From the IMG/VR virus record IMGVR_UViG_3300045988_117550, positions 1 to 42,276 of that record: DNA of 42,276 nt. The stretch is one strand, 5' to 3'. Position 1 is the first letter of the stretch, and the number at the start of each line of letters is the position of its first letter. The notes under the pieces are model-generated. The model was given only the letters and a program-made list of their open reading frames with translations, had not been told where the DNA came from and made no database searches. Positions 1 through 10,400 of the stretch are shown one piece after another. The position numbers and the translations under genes were made by a program. Source of the DNA: a virus.

Positions 1-119
1 AACTTCTCCCCGAGAGCATGGAATAGCGGACAGTTTTTGTCCGCTATTTGCTTTTATATATCTTAATCAACGGAACTCTTGAAAACTTTACAAACACTTG
101 ACGAGTTTATAAAAAAAGT
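1..119. repeat. Terminal direct redundancy: positions 1-119 are identical to 42158-42276. This is a circular or terminally redundant assembly of a 42,157-bp genome.
   Basis: Exact 119-nt match between the two window ends, read directly from the sequence. Confidence 0.95.
25..50 (+). terminator. Rho-independent terminator: stem agcggaca/tgtccgct, loop gtttt, then a T-rich tail. It follows the scaffold gene; the copy at 42182-42207 is the same element.
   Basis: Perfect 8-bp inverted repeat followed by atttgctttt. Confidence 0.6.
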
Positions 120-126
120 AAATAAT
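98..126 (+). promoter_or_regulatory. Sigma70-like promoter candidate: TTGACG, 17-nt spacer, AATAAT, upstream of the capsid gene.
   Basis: Hexamers and spacing read from the sequence. Confidence 0.3.
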
Positions 127-234
127 TAGGATATAGGGGTAGTCCTTTGTGGATCCCTAGAACGATACTAAAGTATCCGGTTTAACAAGCCGTATAAGTT
201 ATAGGTTACGTCCGTTATCGGGTAGCGTTGCCGA

Positions 235-248
235 TTGTCGAACACAAA
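235..248 (+). promoter_or_regulatory. Conserved phage motif TTGTCGAACACAAA, copy 1, 22 nt upstream of the capsid ATG.
   Basis: One of nine copies of the same 10-14-mer, all oriented with the downstream gene. Confidence 0.5.
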
Positions 249-269
249 TTAAAATGAGGAAATTAAAAA

Positions 270-1160
270 ATGGGTAGAGTAGATGAGGCGTTAATTACGC
301 AATTTACCGACATCTGTCATCAGCAATCGCAACAGATTAAGGCTAGATTAAGACCTTATGTAAATGTTATCCCAATTAAAGGGGACGTAGCTACTTATGA
401 CGGTGTTGGAACTGTTGAAGCTAGAGAAATCTTAGGACGTATTCAACCTGTACAATTTACAGACATTGAACATTACAGACGTAAGATTACTCGTAGAAGA
501 TTTGAAGTAACTATCCCTGTAGATAGTTCAGATGTAAGAGGTATGCTTACAGATCCTCACTCTAAATACGCACAAGCTATCGTTATGGGTATTGAAAGAC
601 GTTTTGATAGATTGTGTTTAGAGGCAGCATTCGCTGATGTTTGGGTAGGTCGTGAGTTTGACAAAAAACTTACTGCGGTAGAGGACGGCGTTATGACAGT
701 TGACGCAACTTCTGGCTTAACTTATGAAAAGTTGCTTGAAATTAAGCAAAACTTTATTGACGCAGATGTTGGTAATGATATGCCAGAAAAATTCTTCTTA
801 GGTATTGCTGGTGATGAACATACTGACATGATGAACGAAACTAAGTTAATTAGTGGTGATTATTCAAGACAGTATGTAATTGATAAAGGCGAAATTCAAA
901 ACGCTTTGGGCTTTGACATTGTTAAGTACGCTGGAAAAGCTAAGAAACCAATGCTTAAAGTTGACGGCTCTGGTAACAGAGAATGTATTGCAGCGTCAAC
1001 AAGAGGTATTGTAGTTGGGGTAAGCCTAGCACCTAAGTTGTCAGTTGATAACAGACCTGATTACTACGAAACAGACCAAATTCAAATGATCGTTGAAATG
1101 GGTGCCGTTCGTACAGAGGGTTGTTTGGTACAAAAAGTTAAAACTACTGCGACTGCATAA
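270..1160 (+). CDS. Major capsid protein, T7 gp10-like.
   Basis: Position after portal and scaffold in T7 order. Local similarity to T7 10A (GEIQNALGFDIVKY vs GSIRNVMGFEVVEV). Strong SD. Confidence 0.6.
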   Translation: MGRVDEALITQFTDICHQQSQQIKARLRPYVNVIPIKGDVATYDGVGTVEAREILGRIQPVQFTDIEHYRRKITRRRFEVTIPVDSSDVRGMLTDPHSKYAQAIVMGIERRFDRLCLEAAFADVWVGREFDKKLTAVEDGVMTVDATSGLTYEKLLEIKQNFIDADVGNDMPEKFFLGIAGDEHTDMMNETKLISGDYSRQYVIDKGEIQNALGFDIVKYAGKAKKPMLKVDGSGNRECIAASTRGIVVGVSLAPKLSVDNRPDYYETDQIQMIVEMGAVRTEGCLVQKVKTTATA

Positions 1161-1204
1161 GTCGCTTTAGTTTTGCACACAAAAGGCATAGGAGAAAAAT
1201 AAAA

Positions 1205-1699
1205 ATGACTACTTTTGATAATTACGCAAACGACGAATTGCTGGCTGGTAAATCAGCAGAGGCGGTAAATGTAAGCGGTAATAAAGTTGTTCACATGATA
1301 CAAACCGTTAATATCGGAACAGAAGACGGAGCCGGTGCAATATACAGACTTTTCAGAGTTGGGGCTAACATGATCCCGCTAGAAATGAAAGTAATTTGCG
1401 GGGCTATTACAGGTGCGACCGATTGCGATTTAGGTATCTATGAAGAGGGTATCGGCGGTAAAGTTCTTGACGCAGATGTTCTAGCAGACGGTTTGACACT
1501 TGCTACTGCGGCTGGTATTGCGGCTCCGCTTAATGGCTTGAAGTCCTTAACTCTCGATAATCTTGGAAAAAGAATTTATGAGTTAGCGGGACACGAACGA
1601 AAAAATAAAGATACAGGTTATGACATCTGTCTTACCGCAAATGCAGCAGCTACCGCGGCTGGTAAAGTTGCCGTACTTGCAACATTCGTTCAAGGTTAG
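1205..1699 (+). CDS. Hypothetical virion protein (164 aa) between the capsid and tail tubular A genes.
   Basis: ORF with an SD (aggagaaaaataaaaATG), sitting in the structural operon. Confidence 0.35.
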   Translation: MTTFDNYANDELLAGKSAEAVNVSGNKVVHMIQTVNIGTEDGAGAIYRLFRVGANMIPLEMKVICGAITGATDCDLGIYEEGIGGKVLDADVLADGLTLATAAGIAAPLNGLKSLTLDNLGKRIYELAGHERKNKDTGYDICLTANAAATAAGKVAVLATFVQG

Positions 1700-1787
1700 A
1701 GATAAATCTGATGTGTATGTGGTGTACATGTTGATTGGTGGTAGGGCGTGCATTTGCACGCCTTATCCGTAATAAAGAGGTAGGATT

Positions 1788-2444
1788 ATGTCAAAGACTC
1801 CAGTAGATATATGCAACAAAGCCCTAGACCTATTAGGACAAGTCGCAGATATCGGGAATATCGAAACTCCGACAACAGACAACGAAAAAGTATGCGCGAG
1901 GTGGTATAGTGATACCCTCGGCTTTTTGCTACGTAGGTATATGTGGAATTTTGCCGTATGGAGTACAGAGTTACCAAAAGACTTAGTCGCTAAATATTAC
2001 GGGTATTCTGACGCGTATAAATTGCCGTCAGATTTTGTGCGTCTTGTTTCAATAGACGGCAATAAGGCACTTAATCTAATCGACTATAAACTAGCGGGCG
2101 GGTATCTATTCCTCAATGGTTATAGGGATAGTATCCATTTTGAATACATCAGACTTATTAAAGACGTTACGGAATATGACGAGGGCTTTAAGCAACTTCT
2201 TACGTTATATCTTGCTGCTAATATGGCTTTTAGGTTTACGAATAAGCAAACAGTCGTAGAAAGATTGTATAAAATGATTGAAGTTGAAGAGGCTAAAATT
2301 ATATCTATTGACGGTCAAGAACAACCGCCTACACGCATTCAATACTCAAAATACGGAAGAGCAAGACACGGCTATACAAGAAGAAACAACTTTATGACGC
2401 GTCCTGTAGAATTTGTAACGGAGGACGATAATGCCTCTAGTTAA
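1788..2444 (+). CDS. Tail tubular protein A (T7 gp11-like).
   Basis: N-terminal pattern N.AL..LG..I....D.....A..Y...FLL...W.F resembles gp11. Synteny. Confidence 0.6.
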   Translation: MSKTPVDICNKALDLLGQVADIGNIETPTTDNEKVCARWYSDTLGFLLRRYMWNFAVWSTELPKDLVAKYYGYSDAYKLPSDFVRLVSIDGNKALNLIDYKLAGGYLFLNGYRDSIHFEYIRLIKDVTEYDEGFKQLLTLYLAANMAFRFTNKQTVVERLYKMIEVEEAKIISIDGQEQPPTRIQYSKYGRARHGYTRRNNFMTRPVEFVTEDDNASS

Positions 2445-4803
2445 TGACACAAAGAGAAATTTTGCCGGCGGTGAGCTTAGTGTTTCTGTTGCAGCAAGAG
2501 GGGATATTAAAGTTTATTCTAACGGCTGCGAACGCATAGAGAATTTTTTACCGGAAACAGTTGGTCCGATTAAGTTTCGTACTGGCACTAAGTTTTGTAA
2601 TCCTACTAGACGTAATGCCGTAGCTAGGTTTATTCCGTTTCAATTTTCCGACAAACAAGCGTATCTAATTGAAGTTACACCGGGTTGGTTTAGATTCTAC
2701 AAAGATAACGGCATTATTGTTGATGATGTAAAAGATAAAACAATTTCTGCTATTACCGCCGCAAGTCCGGCAGTAGTTACAATGGCGGGACATGGTTTAG
2801 CAAATGGGGACGAGGTTTTTATAAAAGGCGTTACCGGAACAATGAAAAGCCTTAATGGTAAATCGTTTGTAATTAAAGACGTTACAAGCGATACCTTTGC
2901 TTTATATGACGACGAAGAAAAACCGATTGATACATCAGGGTTAGAATATTCTTCTAGCGGTACTGTTTCAAAAATTGTAGAAGTTGAGAACCCTTATACA
3001 GACACAGAGGGTAAAACCGATGAGGAAATACTGGAGTACCTTAACGAAATACAATATACACAGAATACGGATACCATGATTATGGTACATCAGAAATACC
3101 CGCCTAGAAAATTGACGCGTAGCTCTCATACGTCATGGACTTTTAAAACGTATGAACGTACAAGCGATTACATGACTGGCCCGGGGAAATATCCGGGGGC
3201 GGTAGCTTTTGACGGAAACGGAAGACTTATTTTTGGTGGGTTTGAAAATGAACCAGATTTGCTTTTAATGAGTCGTGGGCCAGATTCGAAAACAGGCAAT
3301 ACCCGGTATGACGATTTTACAACGGGAACCTTAGCCAATGACGCGATAAAAATGTATCTTGCACCAGCTAATGGTAAGGTTATTGTTGTAAAATGGCTTG
3401 CGGTAAATAACAGGTATTTTCTTGTTGGGACTGAAAGCGGGTTAATCCGTATTACAAGCTCTGACGGGTACGATAGCGCTTTTAGTGCTGAAACATTACC
3501 AGTCGCACGTCCTATTGACTCATGCGGTTGCGCAAAAGCAAAACCAGTACCAAAGGGGAATTTATTATTTTATTTGCAAAAAGGCTCATTAATATTTAGA
3601 TGTCTTGAATATGATTTGGTGTATGACTCTTATAAGTCCGTTGATAAAAACCTTATCGCGGATAGAATCACGTCTGGCGGTTGTCTTGAAATGGCCTTTC
3701 AGTCCGGTAGGCCTGATGTTATTTGGATACCTAAGAAAAACGGTGTTCTTATTGGTTTAACGTATCACGAAACAGAAGACGTTGCAGCATGGCATAGAAC
3801 GATTATAGGCGGTAAGAACACAAAAGTCCTAAGCGTTGGTATCATGCCTAGGGCGGACAAGTTCGATCAGTCATGGTTAATTGTAGAGCGCCTTATAAAC
3901 GGTAAGATAAAACGCTATGTAGAGTTTTTTGCTGACTTTGAAGAATTTTTATCAAAGGAAGATTTTTACACGGATAGCGAAAACGAAGTAGAAGATACAG
4001 AGCGTTATAACAATGATATGTTTGAACGTCAAAAATTGGAGTGTCATTTAGATTGTAGCATGATGTACGACGGGGCGGACGTTGGGACAAATGCGGAGGC
4101 TACTCTATCAATAACCGAACACGAGGACGACGAACTTTTTACAGTAACGTCGGATAAGGATATTTTCGCTGAAAGTGATTTGGATAGGCAAATTTGGCGT
4201 ATTCATGAAAAAGGATACGGTAGTGGTAGAATGTCAATCGTTGAGTTTACTGACTCTAAAACGGTTATATGTAAATTACTTAGGGCATTCGATACTATGA
4301 CACTTGCTCCAGGCCTTTGGGCTTTAACAACTGATCATATCAAAGGGCTTGAACACTTAGAGGGGGAAACTGTAAGCGTTGTAACTGACGGGGCAGTACA
4401 TACAGATTGTATTGTCGAAAATGGCGAAATTAAGCTAACAGCACAAGCAGACGTTATCCATGTGGGGTATAAGTATCGAGGACTTATAAAAACTACTAAC
4501 CTAAATATTGGCGGAACTTCTGGTAGTGCGCAGAATAAAGCCCGTAACGTGTATAAAGTAATTTTTGAGTTCTTAAACTCTTTAGGCGTTAAGTTTGGGA
4601 CAAATTTATACAGACTTACAAAACTCGATTTTAGAGGGGTTAATAGCAGACTTAACAGACCAAGCCCCCTATATAGCGGTCCGAAAGAGAAAGTTTTTGA
4701 CGATAAAACAGAATGGCGCAAGCATTGTTATATTGTGCAAGACTCCCCTTTGCCGTGTACTATCCAAGCGATAGATGTGTATATGGAGGTAGTTGATGAT
4801 TAA
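2431..4803 (+). CDS. Tail tubular protein B (T7 gp12-like), 790 aa.
   Basis: Size (T7 gp12 is 794 aa) and position immediately after the gp11-like gene. Confidence 0.6.
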   Translation: MPLVNDTKRNFAGGELSVSVAARGDIKVYSNGCERIENFLPETVGPIKFRTGTKFCNPTRRNAVARFIPFQFSDKQAYLIEVTPGWFRFYKDNGIIVDDVKDKTISAITAASPAVVTMAGHGLANGDEVFIKGVTGTMKSLNGKSFVIKDVTSDTFALYDDEEKPIDTSGLEYSSSGTVSKIVEVENPYTDTEGKTDEEILEYLNEIQYTQNTDTMIMVHQKYPPRKLTRSSHTSWTFKTYERTSDYMTGPGKYPGAVAFDGNGRLIFGGFENEPDLLLMSRGPDSKTGNTRYDDFTTGTLANDAIKMYLAPANGKVIVVKWLAVNNRYFLVGTESGLIRITSSDGYDSAFSAETLPVARPIDSCGCAKAKPVPKGNLLFYLQKGSLIFRCLEYDLVYDSYKSVDKNLIADRITSGGCLEMAFQSGRPDVIWIPKKNGVLIGLTYHETEDVAAWHRTIIGGKNTKVLSVGIMPRADKFDQSWLIVERLINGKIKRYVEFFADFEEFLSKEDFYTDSENEVEDTERYNNDMFERQKLECHLDCSMMYDGADVGTNAEATLSITEHEDDELFTVTSDKDIFAESDLDRQIWRIHEKGYGSGRMSIVEFTDSKTVICKLLRAFDTMTLAPGLWALTTDHIKGLEHLEGETVSVVTDGAVHTDCIVENGEIKLTAQADVIHVGYKYRGLIKTTNLNIGGTSGSAQNKARNVYKVIFEFLNSLGVKFGTNLYRLTKLDFRGVNSRLNRPSPLYSGPKEKVFDDKTEWRKHCYIVQDSPLPCTIQAIDVYMEVVDD

Positions 4804-5242
4804 GGTTATACCTTTTAAAGCAGAACATATAGAATGTATGGACGTTAGGGACTATGAGGCTAAAACAGTTTGCTCAATGCCCCAGTTTGAGGCTGCGGTA
4901 AAACAATGGGAAGATAGCAAATGTTCAGCGACTGTCGTTTTCGACGGAAGAATACTTGCTATTATTGGCTATATGGTTTTATGGCAAGGCGTTTGTGAAG
5001 TTTACATATTACCGTCAAAATACTTATCGGATTACCCACATGCATTCGCTAGATGTTTACGCAGAGTGCTAACTTCTGGGGCGTTCAATAATTTTCACCG
5101 AGTACAACTTAGAGCCTTAAAAGACGGTTTACACAGTCGTTTTAATAGATTTTTAGGTTTTGAAAAAGAGGGCGTTCTAAAAAAATATGACTCCGAGGGA
5201 AATGATTTTGTAATGTGGGCTATAACTAGGGAGGATAGATAA
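4793..5242 (+). CDS. gp13-slot protein with a GNAT-like C-terminal motif (RFLGFEKEGVLKKYDSEGNDFVMWAI).
   Basis: Motif resembles the GNAT acetyl-CoA-binding region. Position matches T7 gp13. Confidence 0.35.
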   Translation: MMIKVIPFKAEHIECMDVRDYEAKTVCSMPQFEAAVKQWEDSKCSATVVFDGRILAIIGYMVLWQGVCEVYILPSKYLSDYPHAFARCLRRVLTSGAFNNFHRVQLRALKDGLHSRFNRFLGFEKEGVLKKYDSEGNDFVMWAITREDR

Positions 5243-5243
5243 A

Positions 5244-5792
5244 ATGGCTACGGGTGCATTAGTCGCGTTTACGGCGTTATCTGCCGGTATGTCAATATAT
5301 CAGGGAGTGCAACAGAATGCTGCTTATACCGAGCAGGGTATAAACTTGATGAAACAAGCTCAAATAGCACAACAGGAAAACGCATACGCAGTAAGACAAA
5401 AGCAAAGGGAAATAGACAAAGCGGCGGCGCGTCAAGTTATGGCTATGTCTAAAAATGGTTTAAATACGAGTGCCGGCTCACCCTTAGAAATTTTGTACGA
5501 AACATATACATTAGGCCAAGAAGAAGTAGACGCACTAAAAAGACAGGGGCAAGCACAAGTTTGGAAATATACTACTGACGCTAACTCGTCTTTTAATAGC
5601 GGGCGTTCCGCTTTAATCGGTGGTGCGGCAAATGCTATTTCAACAATAGCCTCTACGGGTATGGCCGCGTACGCTAAAGGCGGTAGTTCTCTTGCGAGTG
5701 CTACAAGCTCTGGTGCAAAATCTGCGGGAACGGCTACGGGTTGGAGTCCTAGTCTTTCTGGTGGTTATTCTGGAACATTACCAAAATTTTAA
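5244..5792 (+). CDS. Internal virion protein A (T7 gp14-like).
   Basis: Hydrophobic N-terminus followed by a Q-rich helix, as in gp14. Synteny. Confidence 0.5.
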   Translation: MATGALVAFTALSAGMSIYQGVQQNAAYTEQGINLMKQAQIAQQENAYAVRQKQREIDKAAARQVMAMSKNGLNTSAGSPLEILYETYTLGQEEVDALKRQGQAQVWKYTTDANSSFNSGRSALIGGAANAISTIASTGMAAYAKGGSSLASATSSGAKSAGTATGWSPSLSGGYSGTLPKF

Positions 5793-5806
5793 GAGGGAAA
5801 TAAGAC

Positions 5807-7408
5807 ATGGCAAAAGTTAATCCTTACGTACAAGATAGACTTGCGAGTTCTTTAGGAATTATGCCCGGAATGGATACGTCTGGGGCAGAGCTTGCACAAA
5901 ATTTAGGGAAAAGTGTAGATCAAGTGCAAAATCAAGCACTTAATATCTACGTGGCTAAAAAACAAGAGGCCGCAAAGAATAAAGCGAAATTAGAGGATAT
6001 AAACCATACATTAAGTGCTTATGAAAAGTCAATGGCGGTAGAATCCGACTTATGGGGAATGATTGATAAGACCAAAGAAGAGTATATCAATGATCCTGAA
6101 AGTGGTATGGAAGTTATTAGGTTATCCGGTCAAGCAACGATAAGACAAGCTATCGAGAGCGAAAACAATCCCGCCGTTAAGGAGAAAATGGTTGGCGTTC
6201 TTACTAATAGTTTTCGTGGGAAAATGAACGAAGTTAATTCATGGAAATTAGCACAAGATACCGCCAATGCTTCTAATAAAATTCAAAATACGTTTAATCA
6301 AATGTATACGGTAGCCGCAAGCTCCAGCGATTGGAACCGCGTACAAGAATTAATCAATGCCGTTGATAGCTCTGAAAATAACTGGGACAGAGAGGGTAGC
6401 GAAGATAGTAAAGAAGTCTTTAAAGACTATGTCAATTTTACGTATGGTAAAAAGGGCTTAGAAGAATTAGACAAAGCAAAAAGGGGTATGGCCGCGGCAT
6501 ACATTTTAGGCATGATTGATAGAGGCGAATGCGAACAGGCTAAAGCAGTTCTTGACACTAATAAGCTAGACGCGTACATGGATCCGGAAACAAAGCATAA
6601 ATTTCGTAATATGGCTGACGGGGTTATCAAAGCTAAAGAAAAACAGGAACGTATGGACAATATGTTTCAAATTTTTGATATTAAACAAAACGCCGTAATT
6701 AAAGCCTCAACAGGTGATTACACGATCAAGGACGCGGTGGCTGATAATGAAAAGATTAAAGCACTAGGCGGTACGCCTACAACGTCTATTACTAATGCCG
6801 GTGTTAAGGGCGAAAAAGTCCATACTGTACAGGAGTATAAAGAGAAAAACAGACGGTCTTTAGAAACACTAAATAAAGAGTTTGAGGGGCTTTTGAAAAA
6901 AGGTAAAGTAGATCCCGAGGCAGAATTAAAGGACATACTTGCTTTTCAGAATAAAGTGGAGTCTTGTAAAAGATATTTAACACCTCAACAGTATCAAAGC
7001 TATATGAGCAAATTATCCGAGCCTCGTATCAAAAGATTAAAGAAAATGGGGAAAAATATTTTTGGAATGCCACAGGGTGAAATTGCGGGGAATGATCCTA
7101 CACATAAATCTTACTTAGCAATTTATAATTTTGCTCATAAAGCGTACGCGGGTAAGGATAATCAGCAACACGCTATTACAAACATGTTGCTTGACTTTTC
7201 AAAATATGCGGAACAGTTGGAACACAAACAGGGTAAGCCTATCACACAACAACAGGCTAACAATTTGTGCAATAAAGTTATATCCGACCAAAGGCGAAGA
7301 ACTAACCCGTATCTTAATAATATCCCCAAAGAGGGGCGTGTAATGATGGATAAGTACGGGCATAAGGTAAGAGTTTACGCAGACGGAAGACATGAACCAA
7401 TAAAATAA
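5807..7408 (+). CDS. Internal virion protein (T7 gp15-like), helical.
   Basis: Synteny and composition only. Confidence 0.45.
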   Translation: MAKVNPYVQDRLASSLGIMPGMDTSGAELAQNLGKSVDQVQNQALNIYVAKKQEAAKNKAKLEDINHTLSAYEKSMAVESDLWGMIDKTKEEYINDPESGMEVIRLSGQATIRQAIESENNPAVKEKMVGVLTNSFRGKMNEVNSWKLAQDTANASNKIQNTFNQMYTVAASSSDWNRVQELINAVDSSENNWDREGSEDSKEVFKDYVNFTYGKKGLEELDKAKRGMAAAYILGMIDRGECEQAKAVLDTNKLDAYMDPETKHKFRNMADGVIKAKEKQERMDNMFQIFDIKQNAVIKASTGDYTIKDAVADNEKIKALGGTPTTSITNAGVKGEKVHTVQEYKEKNRRSLETLNKEFEGLLKKGKVDPEAELKDILAFQNKVESCKRYLTPQQYQSYMSKLSEPRIKRLKKMGKNIFGMPQGEIAGNDPTHKSYLAIYNFAHKAYAGKDNQQHAITNMLLDFSKYAEQLEHKQGKPITQQQANNLCNKVISDQRRRTNPYLNNIPKEGRVMMDKYGHKVRVYADGRHEPIK

Positions 7409-7420
7409 GGGGCTTAAAAA

Positions 7421-10400
7421 ATGGGAGAAAACGACATCAATTTAGAGGAAATAGATATTGCGGACTTAACAGAAAACGGGGAGTCTTTACCGCCGTTGCC
7501 AGCAACGGCACCGGAATATAATGAGGATCCTACGTATAACGCGTCCTCTGAAAATAGAATGCAAGAGTATATTGTTGACGATAAGGGGGACGTGCAAAAT
7601 TATGACGACTCTATTGACTGGGGAAGTTTACAACCGGTTGACGAGAGCGGTTTTTCTAATGCACAAGAACCCGATTACGATAGTTTAAAACCTTATGATG
7701 TTGGTGCAAACGCCAATAGTATTTGGGACGAATTAGGCGTAAAAAAAGATATGGGAACGCTTACAGAATATCGCGGACAGTTGGCCCGACAAGTCGCAAG
7801 CGGTAAATTATCTCTTGAAGAGGCACAAGCTATGGTACAAAGAAGACACGGGGATATTCTAAACAAATACGGAATGTCAGAAGTACCCGAGTTCTCTTTT
7901 GCTAAATTTAAGCAAAACCCTATAAGGGCTTGTTTTGGTGAAGTTGCGGAGATGTTACCGTTCTATTGGGGTGGTACTAAAAAAGGGCTTGCGGCGTCCG
8001 TTGCGACTGTACCCGGAACAATAGCAAAAAATGCAGCCGTTGGGGTTATGGCCGGTACTGTTGAACCCGGTTTCGGTAACGCTATCGGTGGTACTGCTGG
8101 ATTAGTAAAGGGTGTAGTAGAGGGTGTATCTTCCGGTATGCTTGTTGGGACATTCTTAGAGTCAATGGAAACAGAGGGCGGAAACCTTTACATGGACTTA
8201 CGCGAAAAAGGAATATCGCATGATACGGCTTATGGAATGAGTCTTGCGGGTGGTATTACTAACGCCCTTTTAGAAACGGCGAGTTTCGGCATTGTTACCG
8301 CACCGATAAAAGGGGCGGCTAAAAAAGCCGCGGCTAAAATGTTGTGGAAACAAATCGAGCATAACCCCGTTGCGAAAAAAGGTGTTGAAAGCGTTATTAA
8401 AAAATGCGTTACAGAGTATTGCAAAAGAGTAGGTGCGGAAGTTACTACGGAAATGTTGCAAGACGTAACAGGCAACGTAATGACGTTATTAGCTGCACAG
8501 GCTGATAGCGTGGAAGAGGCAAAACCTACTATGGAAGACTGGGGGGCAATTCTGAAAGAAACAGGCCCTAAAACCGCTGCGGCCATGTTAGTTATGGGCG
8601 CTATCGGTACTCCGTTTGACGTTATGAACGCTAAAGTAGGTAGCGTTAAAACTAATGGCGGAGAATTTAAACCCGGAACTAAAGAAGAAATTGAAGCACA
8701 TTTAAAAGATCATTACGAGGGTAAGGAAGTTATCACAGGCGAAAGTTTTACCCTCGAGGGGCGTATCCAGTATGATGAAGTAGAAATGTCAGAATTAGAG
8801 GCGGAATATAACGAGAGCCAAAGCAAAATTGATGAGCTTTCAAAAGATGTTACACGTCTTGAAAAAAAGAAAAACAGAACCGCAGAAGAAAGCGAACAAC
8901 TTGCTAATACTAAGGCTGAATTAAAATACGAGCAAGACTATCAGGGCTTAATATCAGAAGAAATGGAGCGTACTGTAAATAAACAAACTCAACAAGAAAC
9001 GGTTAAAACTCGTAAGCAAGAGTTAACAGAAAAAGGGAAAAAAGAAAAATTGACTCCGGAAGAATTGCAGGAGCTTAACGATATTTGGATTGAAGAAGAA
9101 AAAACAAAAGGCGAAAAAGAAATTAACGAGAACACGCAGAAAGCCCGTGAGCGAGAGTTAAATAAAAACATAAGAGATTTAGACACCAAGATAGAAAAAG
9201 TCCAAAAGAAAGAGGATAGCGTACGGGAAAATCGTAACGAGATAGAAACCAAGCAAGACGAAAATAATAAAAAAATTTCAGAGCTGGAAAAAGAAAACGC
9301 AGAAATTCAAAGGGCATTAAAGAAAACGGATATTGAGGAAGATGTTGCAGAAATGAAAACAACACTTTCAAAAAATCGTGAGCTTATCTCTGAACTAAAA
9401 AGAAATAATAAGACTCTTGAAAAACAACGTCTGAAACTCAATGCTGAAATTGAGAACGCTATTGCAGAGGGTGAAAAGCTAGGAAATGAAAGAGCGTCAT
9501 TAAATGAAGAGCGTTCACAACTAAGCGAAGGCATTATAAACGAAAACGGTAAAGTAGATATTACCGCTGGTGGATACAAAAACGCCCAATTAAGTGCATT
9601 AGCAAAAAGGCTTAAAGCTATGCAGCAAGGCATTAAGAGGGGTGTAAGAATGGCACGCCGAGAAATTAGGGACGTGCAAAATTCCGCTATTCAAATGATT
9701 AAAAACTCCGCCATGAGTGATAAAGATAAATCTAGCTTTTTGACTACTATTAGAGATTTGAACAGTAGCGAAAAGTTTGCGAAAGCGTTGCCTAAACTCA
9801 TAAACAAAATTTCGGAACTCGAGGAACGTCATAACAAAAAAGAGCTAATAAACTATATAAACAAAATGCTCAAAAAGGCTAAACCTAAAAAGGGCGGTAA
9901 AACGCCACAGGGCAAGTTTAATGCGGACATACAAAAAATATTAGACGATATTAGTGTAGCCGCAAAATTAAGCGAAACAGAGGCGTATAGTGAAATTGAA
10001 AAAATTTTTGATAGCGCCGGGGATAATCCGCTAACAGACGAACAAACGGCAAAAGTAAGAACTTTGTACGACTTTGGGGGTATGAACGGCAAAAAATCTA
10101 GTGAGCTTTTACGCAACGCTAGGGCTATTCGTATGCTTATTGAAGAGGGTAAAATCGCGGGGCAGTTCAGAGAACAGGCGAAAAAAGAGCATAAAGAAAA
10201 GATTTTGGCGGAGGCTAAAGAGTCAATTATTGGGGACGTTGAACCTACAGGAAATAGAAAGAAAAACCTAGCAAATGAGATTAAGCAAGCATTTAGGCGT
10301 TTCAATGTTATTTCAGAGGGCTGGGACGGTTTAATGCAAATTGCGAGTTTACATGATAAAGATAGAAAACTTACAAAACTTTTAGATGTATTCCCGTCTA

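Noticed and set aside
235-248. TTGTCGAACA read as a Gram-positive LexA (Cheo) box or a Bacteroidetes -7/-33 promoter.
   Set aside because: Only one CGAACA half-site is present, so it is not the GAAC-N4-GTTC palindrome. The TAnnTTTG/TTTG spacing is not met, and genes carry strong GGAGG SDs alongside canonical sigma70 promoters elsewhere.
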